Source of the DNA: Ylistrum balloti
Taxonomy: Eukaryota
Assembly: GCF_031769215.1 (NCBI RefSeq)
Contig: NW_026782563.1
Coordinates: 310,001-374,000 of the forward strand
DNA: 64,000 nucleotides
Direction of reading: 5' to 3'
Shown: piece after piece, positions 38,801 through 53,503 of the stretch
How positions within the stretch are numbered: the stretch's first letter is position 1
How the letters are laid out: the number at the start of each line of letters is the position of its first letter
Made by a program: the position numbers and the translations under genes
The notes under the pieces: model-generated
Databases searched by the model: none
Told to the model about the DNA's origin: nothing
Seen by the model: the letters and a program-made list of their open reading frames with translations, nothing else

Positions 38801-41800
38801 GTTCTTGTTTACTGGTGTGGGTGTTTTGAGTGTATGTGCTACATATACAGACCACTAATCTCACTTTAAACAACATACTCAAGGTATCACAAACAGATAT
38901 AGGAATAACAAGTTCAAACACAATTTAAAGTGACCACTGAAAATGTATGCTATACTATATATAGTAACTTGAAATTAGTTGTCAATATACAGACTTGTAT
39001 TGCACTCTTATTACAGAAGAAAGGATTCCAGTTCTGACACAAACGCCAGAAGTCTTACCTCATTTTGCTAAACAGTGGTATTGGTGACATTGACAGAGAC
39101 TTAAACATAACAGCCTTGTTGTGTGGAAGAGTGGGAGGGTCTCCAACAATCTCAGATATATACTCGATGTACCTGCAACAGATATATATCTCAATCTAAT
39201 ATCCACAAATCTACATGTACTAGAATTAAGCTGAAATTAAATATTATTTAAAATTTTATTAATCATGAATTAACTAATTATTAACTCCTTTGTTTCATAT
39301 AAATTAAGAAAATTTCTACGAAATACTCTTGCTAACATATTACCATATGATAATATTATGGCAAACAATTGCTATCTTGTGTATTTTAAAAGGCTTCCAT
39401 TATTGATGAATTTGTGTTGTGTATTGTTCTATGATATAGTTACCTTCTCTGTGCTGGTGAAGCTCCTGGTGCAGACCTTCGTGATGTAAACATGTGCATA
39501 GCCTGTTGACTAGACTCAAACAGCCGTGTAAACACAAGGAAAGCCCCAACCACTGTGGCTGATGATGCTTTACCATCCTATTAATAAAATAAATATCAAA
39601 ACATGGCACTTGTCTTTTTTCAGTAAACAGCATATGAATACAACCTAAGGATTCTACAACATTTTATAGTTCCCAACATAACTATATGCCCTAGATCTCT
39701 CCAATGCTTATCCATCCTTGATTCCCCAACCCCAACCCACATCCTCTCCTCCCATCCTTTCTGAGTTGTTAAAGCCCCAAAGCCCCTCCTATTTCCAGAA
39801 GATCCACCGAAGATAACCCTAGACAACCTTCTTCTTTTACTTATTTGCTCAACTGACATAACTCTCCATCCCAGGATAACAACCCAACCCAGATCTCTTA
39901 TCTCACTTACCAGGCAGTGGAGAACACAGACATTTTTGGGATTCTGTCGTAGCCAAAGATGCATATTTTTGCATATGGCAAACAAACTGGCTAGTGTAGG
40001 AGCCTTCCTAGCTGCCCAGCCGCATTCTGATACCTACAGTAAGTTGTTAAAACATCATTTGATATCACATTGAACATGACTAAGTCAAAATGACACATAA
40101 TGGCATCATGTTAACAAACCAAAATAACTATCAAATTATAAATATTAAATGCTTTTACGTTATTTCCTATACATTTGATAAACATGAAATGATCAATCTT
40201 AATCGCACAAATTCAAATGAATTTTATATTATTTTTACATTAAAGCATGATAACTGAAGTCTCGATGTTACAGGCAATGTGAAAATTCTTACCCTATTTT
40301 CAAATTTTGCAACTCTATATGTTCGTTGAGATAAATTGTAGACAGCATAGCCATTTCTATATTTGTATTCCAGGAAACTCTTCACATCATCTATATGGTT
40401 CTTAAATGCAGATTCTACACCTTCTGCAGGGAATGACATCACTGAAAGAGAATTCATCAAAAAACTTCTATATAAATGAATTTTTCATTTAAATTCACAG
40501 CGTAGATATGACAGTACCCTGTATTTTCAGACAGGACCTTATTCCCTTGTGGAGGATTATAGGTTAAGTAATATGCAACTGTCTTTCAAATCAAACCTTA
40601 TCTTAACAACAGATTCCTTACCAAATATTATGAATATTTTCATGAATAAACTGAGTCCTTATCTAAAACTAATGAAATAATTTCACAATTAAACCCATTT
40701 CTGATCTATTATTCAAGAACATTACATTTTAACAAATAAACAGACTTTTTACCTAGTATTCTAGAATATTTTTACTTAATGTTCTAGAATATTAAAAAAA
40801 CTGATTCCTCACCTAATATTCGAGATGTAATACTACTGACATCAAGGTCAGATTTGTTCATTGTCCTGGAAAAACAAAAACATTTCTTTCTAAATTATTG
40901 TTTCAATGTTTCAATAGTGAACAAGAGTTGTTGCAGAACAGCATAGCTCATCTAAACAAGGGCCATCAGAGAAGTGTTATGCTTCCTAAATGGGACAAAA
41001 TTTAAATATGAAAAATAACAAAGGGTCATAAGAGAGATATGTTTCTTGAGCAATGCCCTCATTCTCATTGAAATCTATCAACCTATAAAGTTTCATGTTG
41101 ATATCTCTTATAGTTTTGGTGTGATGCTCCAGACAAAATTTAAGTAGGAGAAATAACAAATGGCATTAACTCCTCAATCACCCATAGTTCTTCTTGTTAA
41201 GATTTATCTTTCATGTTTATACAGATTAGGGGAATTAAGGGCTAATTTAATAATCCTGATACAAAATATCAGTATGAAGTGATGTACTTATGTCTTCAAC
41301 ACTTGTACCAAAATCTTAATATTTCCAATGACAACGCCAATGCCTGAGAAACAACATTAGTTCTCCCTCTTTTACAAACAGGCAAGCTAAAAACTGTATG
41401 TAATTTATGTAAAATTTGCTGATTTCAAAATAAAAATATATATTTAAGTATGATATACTAGTTAAATGTTTCTCCAGTAAATTGAAATACAGACTAAGAA
41501 TTTTAAATGTGCTTTGCACAGTCAGCTGACAGCAAACTAAAATCAAATATCTATCTTTTCACTGAAGAATAGTTTAATGTCAAAATCAAACAGATTTTTT
41601 GACTATCAACTTACGCTGATACGGTTTCCATGACTTTAGATGAGGCATCTTTGATATTCTTCATCAGGTTTCCTGCTCCACCCTTGATGGAGCTGAAGAG
41701 CATATTAGCAGTTGACTGTTGACCAGAGCCGCCAGAATCTGGAACATTGCTTGGTTGCTGAGCTCCACCACGTTCACGTTGCATATGAACTTCATTATCC

Positions 41801-44800
41801 TCTGCCAAACAAAAGAACTTTCACTAAGTTTTCTCTCAACCTTACAAATAGCTAAGGAACTTGAACTATTTCAAAATGAAACAATTTCATTGTTTTTACC
41901 TTCAAAATGTTCCGACATTTATTCATTGTCTATAGTTATGAAGAATTCAGATTATGGATATTGTATTAAGCAAGTTGATTTTTAGACTCATTTGAGACTT
42001 AAACAATATCTATAGTCCAGTATGACACAACATGCAGTGACAAATGACACATTGTACAACTACAGAATGTCTCTAAGACATGCATGCCCCAACTCCTATG
42101 CAAAGCAGGATCTGATCAGGTGTAGAACTTGATGTGATGATACTACATGTATATACTATGGGAAAAATATGAACCAAATCTGGCCAGAGATTCTGAAGGT
42201 AAGACTTCAATTTTCAGAACACAGTATAATAGAATGGATGGACCAATGAATGAACAATGGGAAAAGTTTATACTATAAAAATTACACCAATCCCTGTTTT
42301 ATATTCATCACAGATTCAATCTGAAAGCTGTAGGTGAAAGATTATAGTTATGCCCTGATAAGGTGTCACACAGACAAAGCCTAAAGTAATGGACAGGAAA
42401 AGCAAATATTCAGTCCTGATTTTCACACATCTCAAATACCTATACTGTGTTTTGATGTGGTCTTTCTTATATTTCTATTTGAAATTAACATAAACATATG
42501 TTTCCTTGTGCAGGATTTATCAAACCATTCCTTAAACCACATACCCATTACATTAAGCTCCATTTCACAAGCAAGTTTCAGCTTTCCCTTGAGGTTGACA
42601 TTTCTGGCCGCTGCTATCTGTTGTAACTGGTCCACTACTGTGTTAATATCTGGGCGTTCATCTGGATCAACCTTCAGTAAAGATTCTGAAAAAGAAAACA
42701 ATAAAGAACAGGTTGATCTTTAATTAATTAAACTTGGCAAGTCAAACTGATTTCTTAATATAGAGTATCATATTAAAGATTGTACAAGACAGATCAGTGA
42801 ATACTGGTAGCACTTTCAAATACAAATTTACAATTAGATAGCATAGCTAAATAATCATGTAAACTGCATCATACAGTTGGCTAGGAAAATCATATTGGTC
42901 GAAATACATAGCAATAGAGCCAGTATCTGATTTGCTTGATGAAATGTCATTGTTGATTCTAACAATTTTCATCATATTCTGCATCCAATTTTTTATCACC
43001 TAAAACACAACTTTATATTATTATACTATCTATACATTAGGTATCTGTTTTTACAATAAATAGGGCACATGTTAAAATGTATGTGCAAATGAGATGTTTT
43101 GATATTCTAAAAATATACCCTTAACAATAGTTCTGACAACTAAGTCTTAAGTTTTGTTCTGGTGACCTTAAATGAAGCTTGTCGATCTGTGAGCCTTCCT
43201 TTTTTTTCATGCCATATTGGAAGGGTGTATTCTTATTTTGAAACATTTCAACAAAACATAATGAAAGCAAATGCTAATGTATTTTATCCTAATATCAACA
43301 CTTACTGAGGAGGTCATGGAAGACAGTATAAGTTGTATCAGATTCAGGAATGGTGTAGTTTGCATTTATGATTCTGAGTTTAGCAGAGTCCTCAAAGGGA
43401 TGGACATTATAACACAGCATGTAGAGCACACATCCTAGAGCCCAGATATCTCCAGGCTCTCCGATACGGAAGTTTTGGTACAAGTCCAGCATCTCAGGTG
43501 CCCTGTACATTGGAGTCGTGTTCTTTGTAATCTGAAATATTCAATATACAAAAATGTATGTGTATGTTATCTGGTGATATCTAATCGTTCACAGACATGA
43601 TCTCCAAATATATACTTTTGAAGGACTAAAAGTCCAGTACAGCACCACGGTAATAAATAAAATTTTTTTTAATTCAGTTCAGTTAAATATCTGACAAAAT
43701 TTTTCTTAGACAATGAAGACAATTATACATTCTGATTTGAACTATTTAAGCTCAACTGAATATGTATCTTTTACATGTAATGAATCGTATCAAACAAAAT
43801 TTAGTAAACAACTGATTATTTTAGACATATACACTCCCAATTCTAACATCATACGAAATTACTATAAACAAACAGGACAACGAAGTACAGACTCAAGATG
43901 GTGGATACATGTTGTGGTTATGTGTGTAATAGACTGTAGTGTAGGATTGCCATAGTTGACAGTAGTTGAACTTATCTGCCTATCAAATATACCGGTAGAT
44001 AGATGTAGTACAACCACAGTTCTACATCGTGCTTCACGTAGTCTGAACTTCAAGAAATCTATTGCTTGACAGTGGTTAGTCCAAAATATTACTGTGACTG
44101 TAACAAAACTGACTATAATAGACCCTGCTTGACTTCAGCGTTTACCATAGTTGACCGCAGTAATATGGAAGAACTGTTAGCAATATGGTTAAGTATGGTC
44201 AAATAGTGACAACTAAAATGGTTTGGCTATTTCTGAAATACGTTCACAGTACTGTTAAGCATTGTTAATGAGCCATTTTGTTTGCTGTTTCCATCTCATA
44301 AGCTTTCATGGCAAATACTTAGCTGTAAATATCTAATTGAGAAAGAATTGCATCATGCATTTTAGTTCCTGCTCTTAATGCCAATACATGATATAGTATA
44401 TCCTTTTTTGTAGAAATTCAAAGTACACACTCACCTCATCTTCCACTAGACTTCGTTTTATGGCTGACCAGGAGTTATCAGGAGCGTGTGTTGCAGTGGT
44501 AGCACTTCCAAAGTCACACAATTTAATACTGCCCTGGGAACTCAATAGTAAGTTTTCAACCTATGTAAATAATGAAGAAATAATGTCTTTAATTCTCTGA
44601 TTACAAACAAGAATACAACAGGTACCGCATTATTGTATTGTGGTTTATTTCACAGAGGAAAATATTTTGCATTTCATCCCTGTGTTTTCTATTTCACAGG
44701 GATTAAAATTTTTTGCATGTATATATACATGTAACATATTTTTTTTACTCTAATTCACTATATAAAAAGTTAGCTTGGTATTTAATACAGAGACACTAAA

Positions 44801-47800
44801 TCTTCTGCAATCTATAGTACTTCATCAAGCTAAGTCAAAGTCACTTGTGTGTTAATAGTCTCTCCCAAATAATTCCTTGAATGTACTATAATAATAGATT
44901 TTCCTTTTAAAGTAATACTCTATCTATCCTATGATAAGTCTCGTGGATGGGAAAAACACATAACCATAAGGTTATTGTTATAGGGATATTGCCAGTGAAA
45001 GTAGAACAATGTCCGTTAATTACAAGACAATGACTTCTATAAATATTGCTGGACAAACAAATTAAACGCACAACCAACTTAAAGTAGTTTTGCGACAGTA
45101 TCAATGCCATTCTTGTAAGTGATAAAAATATACAACCATAACATGTAACCTTCATCAAGTAAAGCTAGATGGGCAAAATACAAAAATATCTGTCTCCCAA
45201 AGCTAAAGATGAATACAATAATGCTGATATCAACTGAGATTTCAGGTCAAAAGGCGGATATAGATGTCACACAAGAAACAGGGACAGCACTTGCCTTGAG
45301 GTCTCTGTGTATAATGGGTGGGCTCTGACGGTGCATATGTTGAGTGGCACGACATGTCTGGTAGAAAGCCTGCAATACTTCATCACATCCGAGGGGAGTG
45401 GACCGTCGATTCATAATGTCTACAAGTTGTCCCCCTGTAAATGTAAGCTGTTCTTTAGGAACTCATCAGAAAAGACCATATCATCAACAAGTTCTTCCCA
45501 AAAGAAACCAGCAAATATTCACAACATGTACTGAACAATTCTAATAACATGTATTTAATTTGTAAAATTCTGAAATCACAAAACAAATCATAATGAATGT
45601 ATATATAACACTTTCCATTAATCATTCACCTACATCATGTGAAGGTGTAAACACTAAACTTTAGTGTGACCTTAAGCCTTTGACCCCTACAACCCCGTGA
45701 TCTTACCACTACACAGTTCAGTCAGGAGAAGATATTCAGCCTGTCCATGACCTGAGGTTGATTTGTCAATGGAAGCTGCAGCAATGAATTGAATGATGTT
45801 TGGGTGTCCTGATAATTTTTTCTGTTTTTGATATAAGGAATAATAGCAAAAAAAAAGATGAAATACGTTCATGGAGCATTAAGTTATATCAAGATAAATG
45901 AAGCATAAGAACTTTCCTTAACCAAAACTAATTGAGATAAGATACTAGTGCACTTAGATATAAACTGAGAACAAAACTGGTTTAGAAATGCTTTGAAAAT
46001 AACTATTAGTCTTCAGTTAGTGCTAATGTACAAAGTAAAGCCAGTGAATATGAGAACACATATGACATTATCAGTATCAGATAAGTCAAAGACTATAGGC
46101 AATGTAACCAAGGATACAAGGAATCGGATCTCCTGCATAACCGCTTTGTTCTTCTCTTCATCATTGGCCAGAAGTCTCTGTAAAACAAACAGGTAAGGAT
46201 TTGGGAATAAATATATATACATATGTAAAAATTGTTCAGAGATGTACGTCTTGTACAGTAACCTCCCCTTTTTTTTACTTTGATTGTAGCAATATTGTAT
46301 ATCTCATTATCATATGAGAAAAGGAATGAGAGTCAGCTTGGTCACCAACTACATGTATATTTGTATATATGGATTTTCACTAACTATAAGTAATGACTAA
46401 ATCCATGATATTATCTTAAGGTTTAATACATGTACAAATGTACATTCTATTGTTCAAACAAAACATTGCTGTGCATGTTTATGAATTAAATAAACATAAA
46501 TCAAGTGCTGATTCAATGTTAGAGCATTTAAGGGGTTTTTGAGGTTGATAAAGGGCATCATTCCCAATTGAATTTGTTTCATATCTAATAAAACGAATCA
46601 AACTTTGCTATTTACTCCAGAATAAATTTTGTCACAATTTTCTTTAACAATGCCCAATATGTAAACTGGTTTAAGTAGTGTTCAAGTAGGTTCTATGGCA
46701 AAGAACTTGCTGCCTACCTGACCTGTAGAGTGCTTTAATTGTTTTTTCTTCACCACAATAATGACCTAGTCCATGTTTTTCTTCAATATTTTTGAGCGGA
46801 AAGCTGACATGTGGAGGTTGTTAAAACAAGTTTCAGTTTTATGTTACAACAATCGCAAAACATGTTACTAAATTACTCTTTTGTTGCCCTGGATGGAAAC
46901 CCATATAATGTCATACTGTGAGAGGAAACTGGAACTTCCAGGACCGGGAAAACCCATCAGGCAGGTGATCCCATACCTTTTCAAGTCTGTTCCTGGAAGT
47001 GAACCTCACACACCTATAGCCAAATACACTACCCATGTTCCATCTGACCATACTAAATGGGTCAGTTCTTTGAACTGGTTTATGCTCTACACCTGTTACT
47101 GCCAATCCAGTCAGGAGTGTGGTGGGTTGTGAAATAAGAGCTTACTATCTTAAAGGATATTTACCTTGAGAGCATAGTCCTTTCCAGTTGCTATATCTTG
47201 TGCCACAAACACAAAGGCAAAACCACCTGTAAGCAATGGTGCTTTGTTTTAATCATTATATTTAAATACAACATAATAAAGTTAGTTAAAAAGACTTCAA
47301 CATCTTCACGGCAGTTAATAGTTATATTTCTGTAAACAACTGTATGTGATCATTACTTTTGAGTTCATTTAAGGATTTTCAAAGAAGGTACAAGAATCAC
47401 TTAAAATTCAAACAATTATCAAGATTGAGGGTAATCAGAAGGAAAATCAGTCACATTAGTTAAGATATTGTTTAAACTTAATGTTTATAATGCTTATAAA
47501 AGTTGTTTAAATGAGTTCATACATGATGAAATTTTCATTTGAAAATTTTCATTCAACCACTTTTAGATTTGCTCCACATCAAAATACCTCTGACATTAGT
47601 ATGCAGATACCTACTCAGCAAAACCTGAGATCAAATATAAAGACTGCATTATATTCTAGTTTGTCACGACCAGTATTTTCACCTGGTTATTTTCACCTGA
47701 TATATGTCTCATAGGTCTGAATACATGTACATTGGGATGTTACACAAAACAGGCAGAATGTGTGCAGGCAAGGTGAAAATAACTGTCCCAAACTATGTCG

Positions 47801-50800
47801 GGCATCTCACAAGTGAATATAATAATCAAGTAACCTGTGCTACAACTCTTGTCCAATCAAAAGCATGGATTGTCATCATATAGTAAAATAATTATTGACC
47901 TGTAAGCAGGTGATTATGAGAATTGATTAACCTTAAAAAATGATAGTTCCCTCTACCTCTGGCCTTAGGAAATAAACCTTTGGTTAATAAATCCTTGTAT
48001 TCACCTGCAAACAGGTCAATAATTGTACAACAGTGTTATCATTTGTAAAATCTGATACCAGCCAAAACAAACTGTATATACACAAAACATGTACATTACA
48101 GGTGTATAATCATGTTTTTTTTTCAGAATCTGCCTAGCCTGGTGTTAAACAACATAACATGTGTACATTCCACATAATATTTTTTAATGAAATCAAACAT
48201 CTATTTGGAGATTTGCAAATGGAGAGAACAACAATAATGACCCTTTCCTTAAAATGAAACACCTGATAAAGTTATCTGAAAAGTTCATATGATATGTATA
48301 CTACATCTCATGATCAAGTCTCTTGGCTCAAACAGATGCTGGCCCTGATTAGATATGTACATAAAGCATGCATAATGAATCATGATTGCAAATACACAAG
48401 GATAGAATATTGATCCTGCAGTAATACATATGTCTCTCTAACCAATACAAACCTTAAAACTCTACCTATATTACTACATTGTATGCACCTAGATTTTGTG
48501 ACAACGTGAATATTGATTTACCAGACTGGGACTGCTCTATGTGCTCCTGACTGTTCACATTGATTTTTGTCAAGTGCGTGAAAACTTCAGCCTAATCTAG
48601 CTAACTAGAGAGAGACATAATAAGATTTATCCTAGAAAACAACTTCTGGGACTGGTCTACACCAGGTGCTGGACACATCCAATACTTCTACTCTACTGAC
48701 ATCAATGTTTCATAAAGAAATGCCAGACTACGTTAATTTGCTTTTTGATAAACTGAGGAATGGAAATGTCTAACCAGATAGTAACCATATTGAAAATTAA
48801 GAGCAAGACCATCACAACACAATATTACTGTATGATAGTGTTTAAATTTTGGTCAACTAGTTATGCATTGTAGAAATTAAGGTTGCACAGAAGTTTACAG
48901 AGGCATATATGGTATACCTCTTAGTGCATATAACAGTAAGAACATCAATTAGGGTACATTAAAGTATTGCCTATAGGAAATTAAAATTGGAAGCACCTCT
49001 TGAATTCCATTCAACAACCACAAATCTGTCTTAGCCATCTCCCCTCCATCACACATGAAAGAGTGCCTTCAGGGACTAAGAGAAACATTTATAGAAAATT
49101 TGAGTACTTCTCAAGGAGCAGTGAAAACAAAGTTTCATGGTCAAAAATGTACAAGGCGATTGTCTCTCAGTCATTTATGTTTCTGGTCAGTCTCAAAAAT
49201 AAACACTACTTAGGACAAAGAAGGAGCCCACATTCAGAAACTGTATGAAGGAGGGATTTGAACAGTGATGGTAATTAATTGTTATCTTGAAACTTTACCA
49301 TAGCTAGATAGCAGCAATTTGCATTCAGCATCAAAAATAGGCAGTTAACATCTCTAAGTTTTATACATATATCATTATCATGTAGATGAAATGCAACTTA
49401 AACATGGGAACAAAGAACTTTTATCTATTACGTAAGAAGGTGATGTTTATCCCACTACCAGGGTAATCCCATACAAAATTAAGCACTGGCAGATGACATG
49501 ACGTTAATAGGTGACATGATAATAGGTGACATGATAATAGGAGACATCTTACTAGGAGATACAAAAATGTTCTTAATAAAATGATTCATAAAAATAAAAC
49601 AAAATAAACATATTTATAGTCAAGCCAGTATTTCACAGGATTGAAAATTATGAGTACCAGGTATCCAAAATAGGTATGTATAATATATCACTATTGCATA
49701 ATATCCATACCAGTCTGAATGCATATTCAACAATGTAATACATATCCCAATACTGTGTAGCAATTTTGAGTGAAAATACTAGAATTATAATAATATAATC
49801 ATACAGCAATGTGGTACATTGTGATACATCCATTGTATATAATAGTATACAATGTCCTTAAAACCTGCCTCGCCTGTAAACAAATGGGATCAAATCTTAT
49901 TCAATGAAGTCAAAAGAAAAGGTGAAAAATCATTCCCAGTAAGTGCAAATCAATATATACATATATATATGCAATTCATGAGAATAGGTGAAAATTAATA
50001 GCATCGGCAATCATGCTTATACCATTTTTTAAATATTTAACTTGTATATGGCGAAAATGATATTAACCAAATACTGTCTGAATATGTGAAAATATATATT
50101 TAACAATTTTAGTATATATACTGATGTATACTTTGACTGGGCTGAAACAATTATTTAAAGTACAAAATACAGTTGACCAATTTATTCCATTTTGACTGGG
50201 CTGAAACAATTATTTAAAGTACAAAATACAGTTGACCAATTTATTCCATTATCTGTTAAGAAAATTGATGTTCTGATAATTATAACCCTGATCTAGTTTT
50301 AGAAATATTCTTCTTCACTTTAAAAGTGTCATGCTACATTTAGATTTCTGTGTCAGAGAAAATCTTTTAAGAAAACAAGACAGTGTGAGGAAATAAGATA
50401 TTACTTTTAGCTCTTGGCACAACTAAGAATCCTTGGATTTCTGACTGCAACCAAACCAACTCCATAATATGTTTTTTTTTCACAATCATTTTTGATAAGA
50501 TTATCTTGCATCTATTGAAGGATTCTCAACAAATGGGAACTAAATAAAAGCTATCTTCTGCATTATATATCATAAGAATAAGTAAAATCTAAAATCATTT
50601 TGTGAATTATAATGAGAACGACTGAAGTGAGAACACTGCATGATATTCCACAATGGTCGGTAACTAAATATTCCACAAAATCAACTGACTGGTTTCATTA
50701 CAAGACTATGACTCGTAAGAGCAGCTTATTAATACCAGTCTTTCAAGTAAGCCCTATCTGGAGTCAGTTTCATGATTTCTTTTTACCTTCAGGTATTTCG

Positions 50801-52265
50801 TTAGTCCTAGTTAGTTTCAGTAAACATGTGTTTAATAATTAATATAACTTGATTATTTCATTATTATAAATGTTATACAACATACCAATCATTGTTTCAG
50901 TTTATATGGCTTTCCTAAAATAATTTGAATTCAGAGCATCTCAAAAAGTTTTTAACAGAATCTAGACAGGATGATACTTTGAAGTGATGGACTACACAGT
51001 AACACTGCCAAAAAAGTCTGAGCCAGTTTTTTAGCTCTTGGATTATTCACGTCTGATATGGAATAATTAACAAATAATTAAACTTTTCATCATTGCAGCA
51101 TCAAAAGCAGAATGATACATCAACACTTGAAATTCCCTCACTCAATCTATAGATCCTGACTAGAAACCTTAAGTTTTGGATAAAACACAAATGGCAATTA
51201 TTAACCAAAGACTAACTTTGGCTTTTCTAGAATTAAATCAAAGGGATTGTAACCTTGAAGGTTTAATAGTTTTGATAAATGATAGCATATGTCAACAGTT
51301 CATTTCTCCAAGAAAATGTCACCACAATTCTCAACCCCCAAGTAACATAATATTCTGTTTATCCGAGAATAGTGTGACAACTACTACTGAAATTTCATGA
51401 CTGACCTTCACTAGTAAAAGTTACAAAAGTAATAACAATGTATAAGGAATTGTTTGACATATGGAATTAATTTGTATAATTCTAATAAATTTAATCCTAA
51501 ATTAATTTAATGGTAAGTGTATTATCAATATAAATCTGAAAAAAAGGGGCAACACATCTCGCTGTCATTTTTATGAAGAATAAATGGTTTGAACAAAAAC
51601 TGTATTCTTTTAACACATCTATAAAACTCAATGTCAAACCTGAGTAGCCAGATAGATATTAAGCTTGTAGTCTATCTACTTGGCTACAAGAACAGCCGCT
51701 GGGTAAATGATTGCCCTTTGACCTATTTCGACAGCTAAATAGAAAACAAAATTGAACAACAGGTCCATTTTAAAAAATACTAACAACACATTATATTTAA
51801 TGAATGGTAAAGCATACCCTACATCTTCAAGTGACGTCTCTGTTTGACGGATACATGTGTATTTGCTACGATTCATGAACACAATCCCGAACTTTCTCCA
51901 TGCATAACCGGTATAAATGAATTTCATTGAACTAATTTTATACCTGGTTGTTAACCGTTCACAATCAAATGCCCGTATCAATGTAAGACGTCAGAATTAA
52001 CATGTGTTATTTGAAGAACAGGTCGAGCATGAAAAGTTAGCTTCAGGCGAAATTATATCAATCAATGAAATGGTTTTAGTGAAACGATCTACTATCATCT
52101 GACAGGTGGGGGAGGAGGAACCAAGGGCATACCTTCTGCGATCACACGCCTTACTCGTAGTTTCTGGTCCCCTAGTTCCACTTGTTGACCAACAAAATCA
52201 TTGTCAGTTCCCCCAGTACCACTGCCACTAATATAACCCAGTGCAGACTTAAAAAAATCTGCCAT
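32896..52265 (-). CDS. GAK: Cyclin G-associated kinase / auxilin (kinase, PTEN-like, C2, DPF-rich linker, J domain), complete, 22 coding exons
   Basis: Exons 52133-52265, 47165-47226, 46118-46177, 45707-45821, 45295-45434, 44435-44560, 43306-43531, 42545-42685, 41615-41801, 40813-40865, 40293-40441, 39911-40033, 39444-39577, 39059-39172, 37845-38043, 37156-37235, 36790-36986, 34882-36105, 34262-34528, 33861-34006, 33528-33704, 32896-32997. Motifs: [10 protein letters not shown]...[56 protein letters not shown] (no catalytic Arg, pseudophosphatase), J-domain VHPDK, C-terminal IFIELNDAW. Confidence 0.96.
34095..34240. repeat. 48-bp tandem repeat, 3 copies, in a GAK intron
   Basis: gcactcaayaggracacttattttgttgarggaacataactacttgtt at 34095, 34143 and 34191. 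Confidence 0.95.
40921..41200 (-). mobile_element. HINE-like remnant in a GAK intron
   Basis: Begins aacaagag (reverse of the ...cttgtt end) and contains repeated aaatttaa...gaaaaataacaaag(g)g.cat(t)aa cores, the reverse of the ttatggccc core. Right boundary approximate. Confidence 0.45.
46885..47130 (-). mobile_element. SINE-like remnant in GAK intron 2
   Basis: Minus strand gggttttcccggtcctggaagttccagtttcctctcac resembles the recalled widespread SINE motif GGTTTTCTCCGGGTACTCCGGTTTCCTCCCAC. Confidence 0.35.
50132..50249. repeat. Perfect 59-bp tandem duplication in GAK intron 1
   Basis: Identical 59-mers at 50132-50190 and 50191-50249. Confidence 0.95.
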
Positions 52266-53503
52266 TTCGATGAAATCACGCTTCTATGTTTTCATGACCA
52301 TCCTCCGTTATGTATTTTTCTCGACGATGACGTCAAATTCAATCTGGTTTACGGCATGTCTAAATGTTTAAATGTATTATCACGTTACAAACATCCTAAT
52401 TATGCTTATCATATGTACACAGTTTCGATGTATGTGAAATATGTACCATATTGGTTATATAAAGGTTAAAACAAAGATTACTGTAATACATAGTGTTTTT
52501 ACGACATATGATTAAGAGCGCGGGAAATTCGAAAATTCCAGTATTGAAACCAAAATGACGATTAACACTGCACTCATTAGTGAACATGCCTCCTATTATT
52601 TTCCAATTGTAACTTACGTATAATGCAGAATTGTTAAAATAAATAAACGGCTGCGCCATAAACACGTTAAACATAAATCGTTTGTATTTCAAATGTAAAC
52701 AATTGTGAAGTTACGCCGGAGACGTATATATGTGTTATATATGTCTGGTTACGCTGATCAAAAGTTTCACTTGACACACTCAAAAAGGAGGCGAGGAAAG
52801 ATGTGAAGCAGAAAACGTTAAACCTAACTGGTTCAAGGTATTAAGTTCTATAACATCAAAAACCTTGTATCTGATATTTCGTTGGGACCTTATAGACAGG
52901 TATGTGTAATGAATATTTTACTGCGCTGTAATCAATTGCTGTTTTTTTTAATACATTTGCATAAAATTGGAAATCTCTGTCTCTATTTATATTTGTTCAA
53001 TATTTTTTTATTCATATTACAATAAATGCTATGTTTTAAATGTATTTTTTTCTGGTTTTGGTGCAATGGATAATTTAAGAAATATAATGGCTATGATTTC
53101 CTCCAAGTTTTAATCAAATCATATATGTCTCATTTAAGCTTAAATGGTTGAGATGTGATTGTTATACTTCAACGTGATCCCTAGACCACCCTTGCTACAT
53201 CCAAAGTTTTCCAAGACCTCTGCATCACCACAAAACAGCTTCCTTATTGCAAAAGTGAATTGCAAAGGAGATTTACCCACTTTGGTAGATATGCTATGAT
53301 ATCATCCTCAGTACAACTGAGATTTCCGAAAATATTGCCTCTAGAACCACTTGTATTATAGAATATAATACCTTACTCTTAGAGCCACAGAATATTTTAG
53401 ATTGTCTCCCTTTATCACAATTACCAACCAATGAGAATCGGCCATATATCACAGACGGAAAGCTGCCGGTGCACGTCACTCTTTATCAACGAAAAGGTTC
53501 AAC
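52266..53503. promoter_or_regulatory. Putative bidirectional promoter between GAK and PRKCSH
   Basis: The divergent ATGs are ~1.24 kb apart. CpG-enriched; perfect CRE TGACGTCA (52328-52335), E2F-like GCGCGGGAAA (~52518), CCAAT (53428-53432), CACGTCA (53472-53478). Confidence 0.5.
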
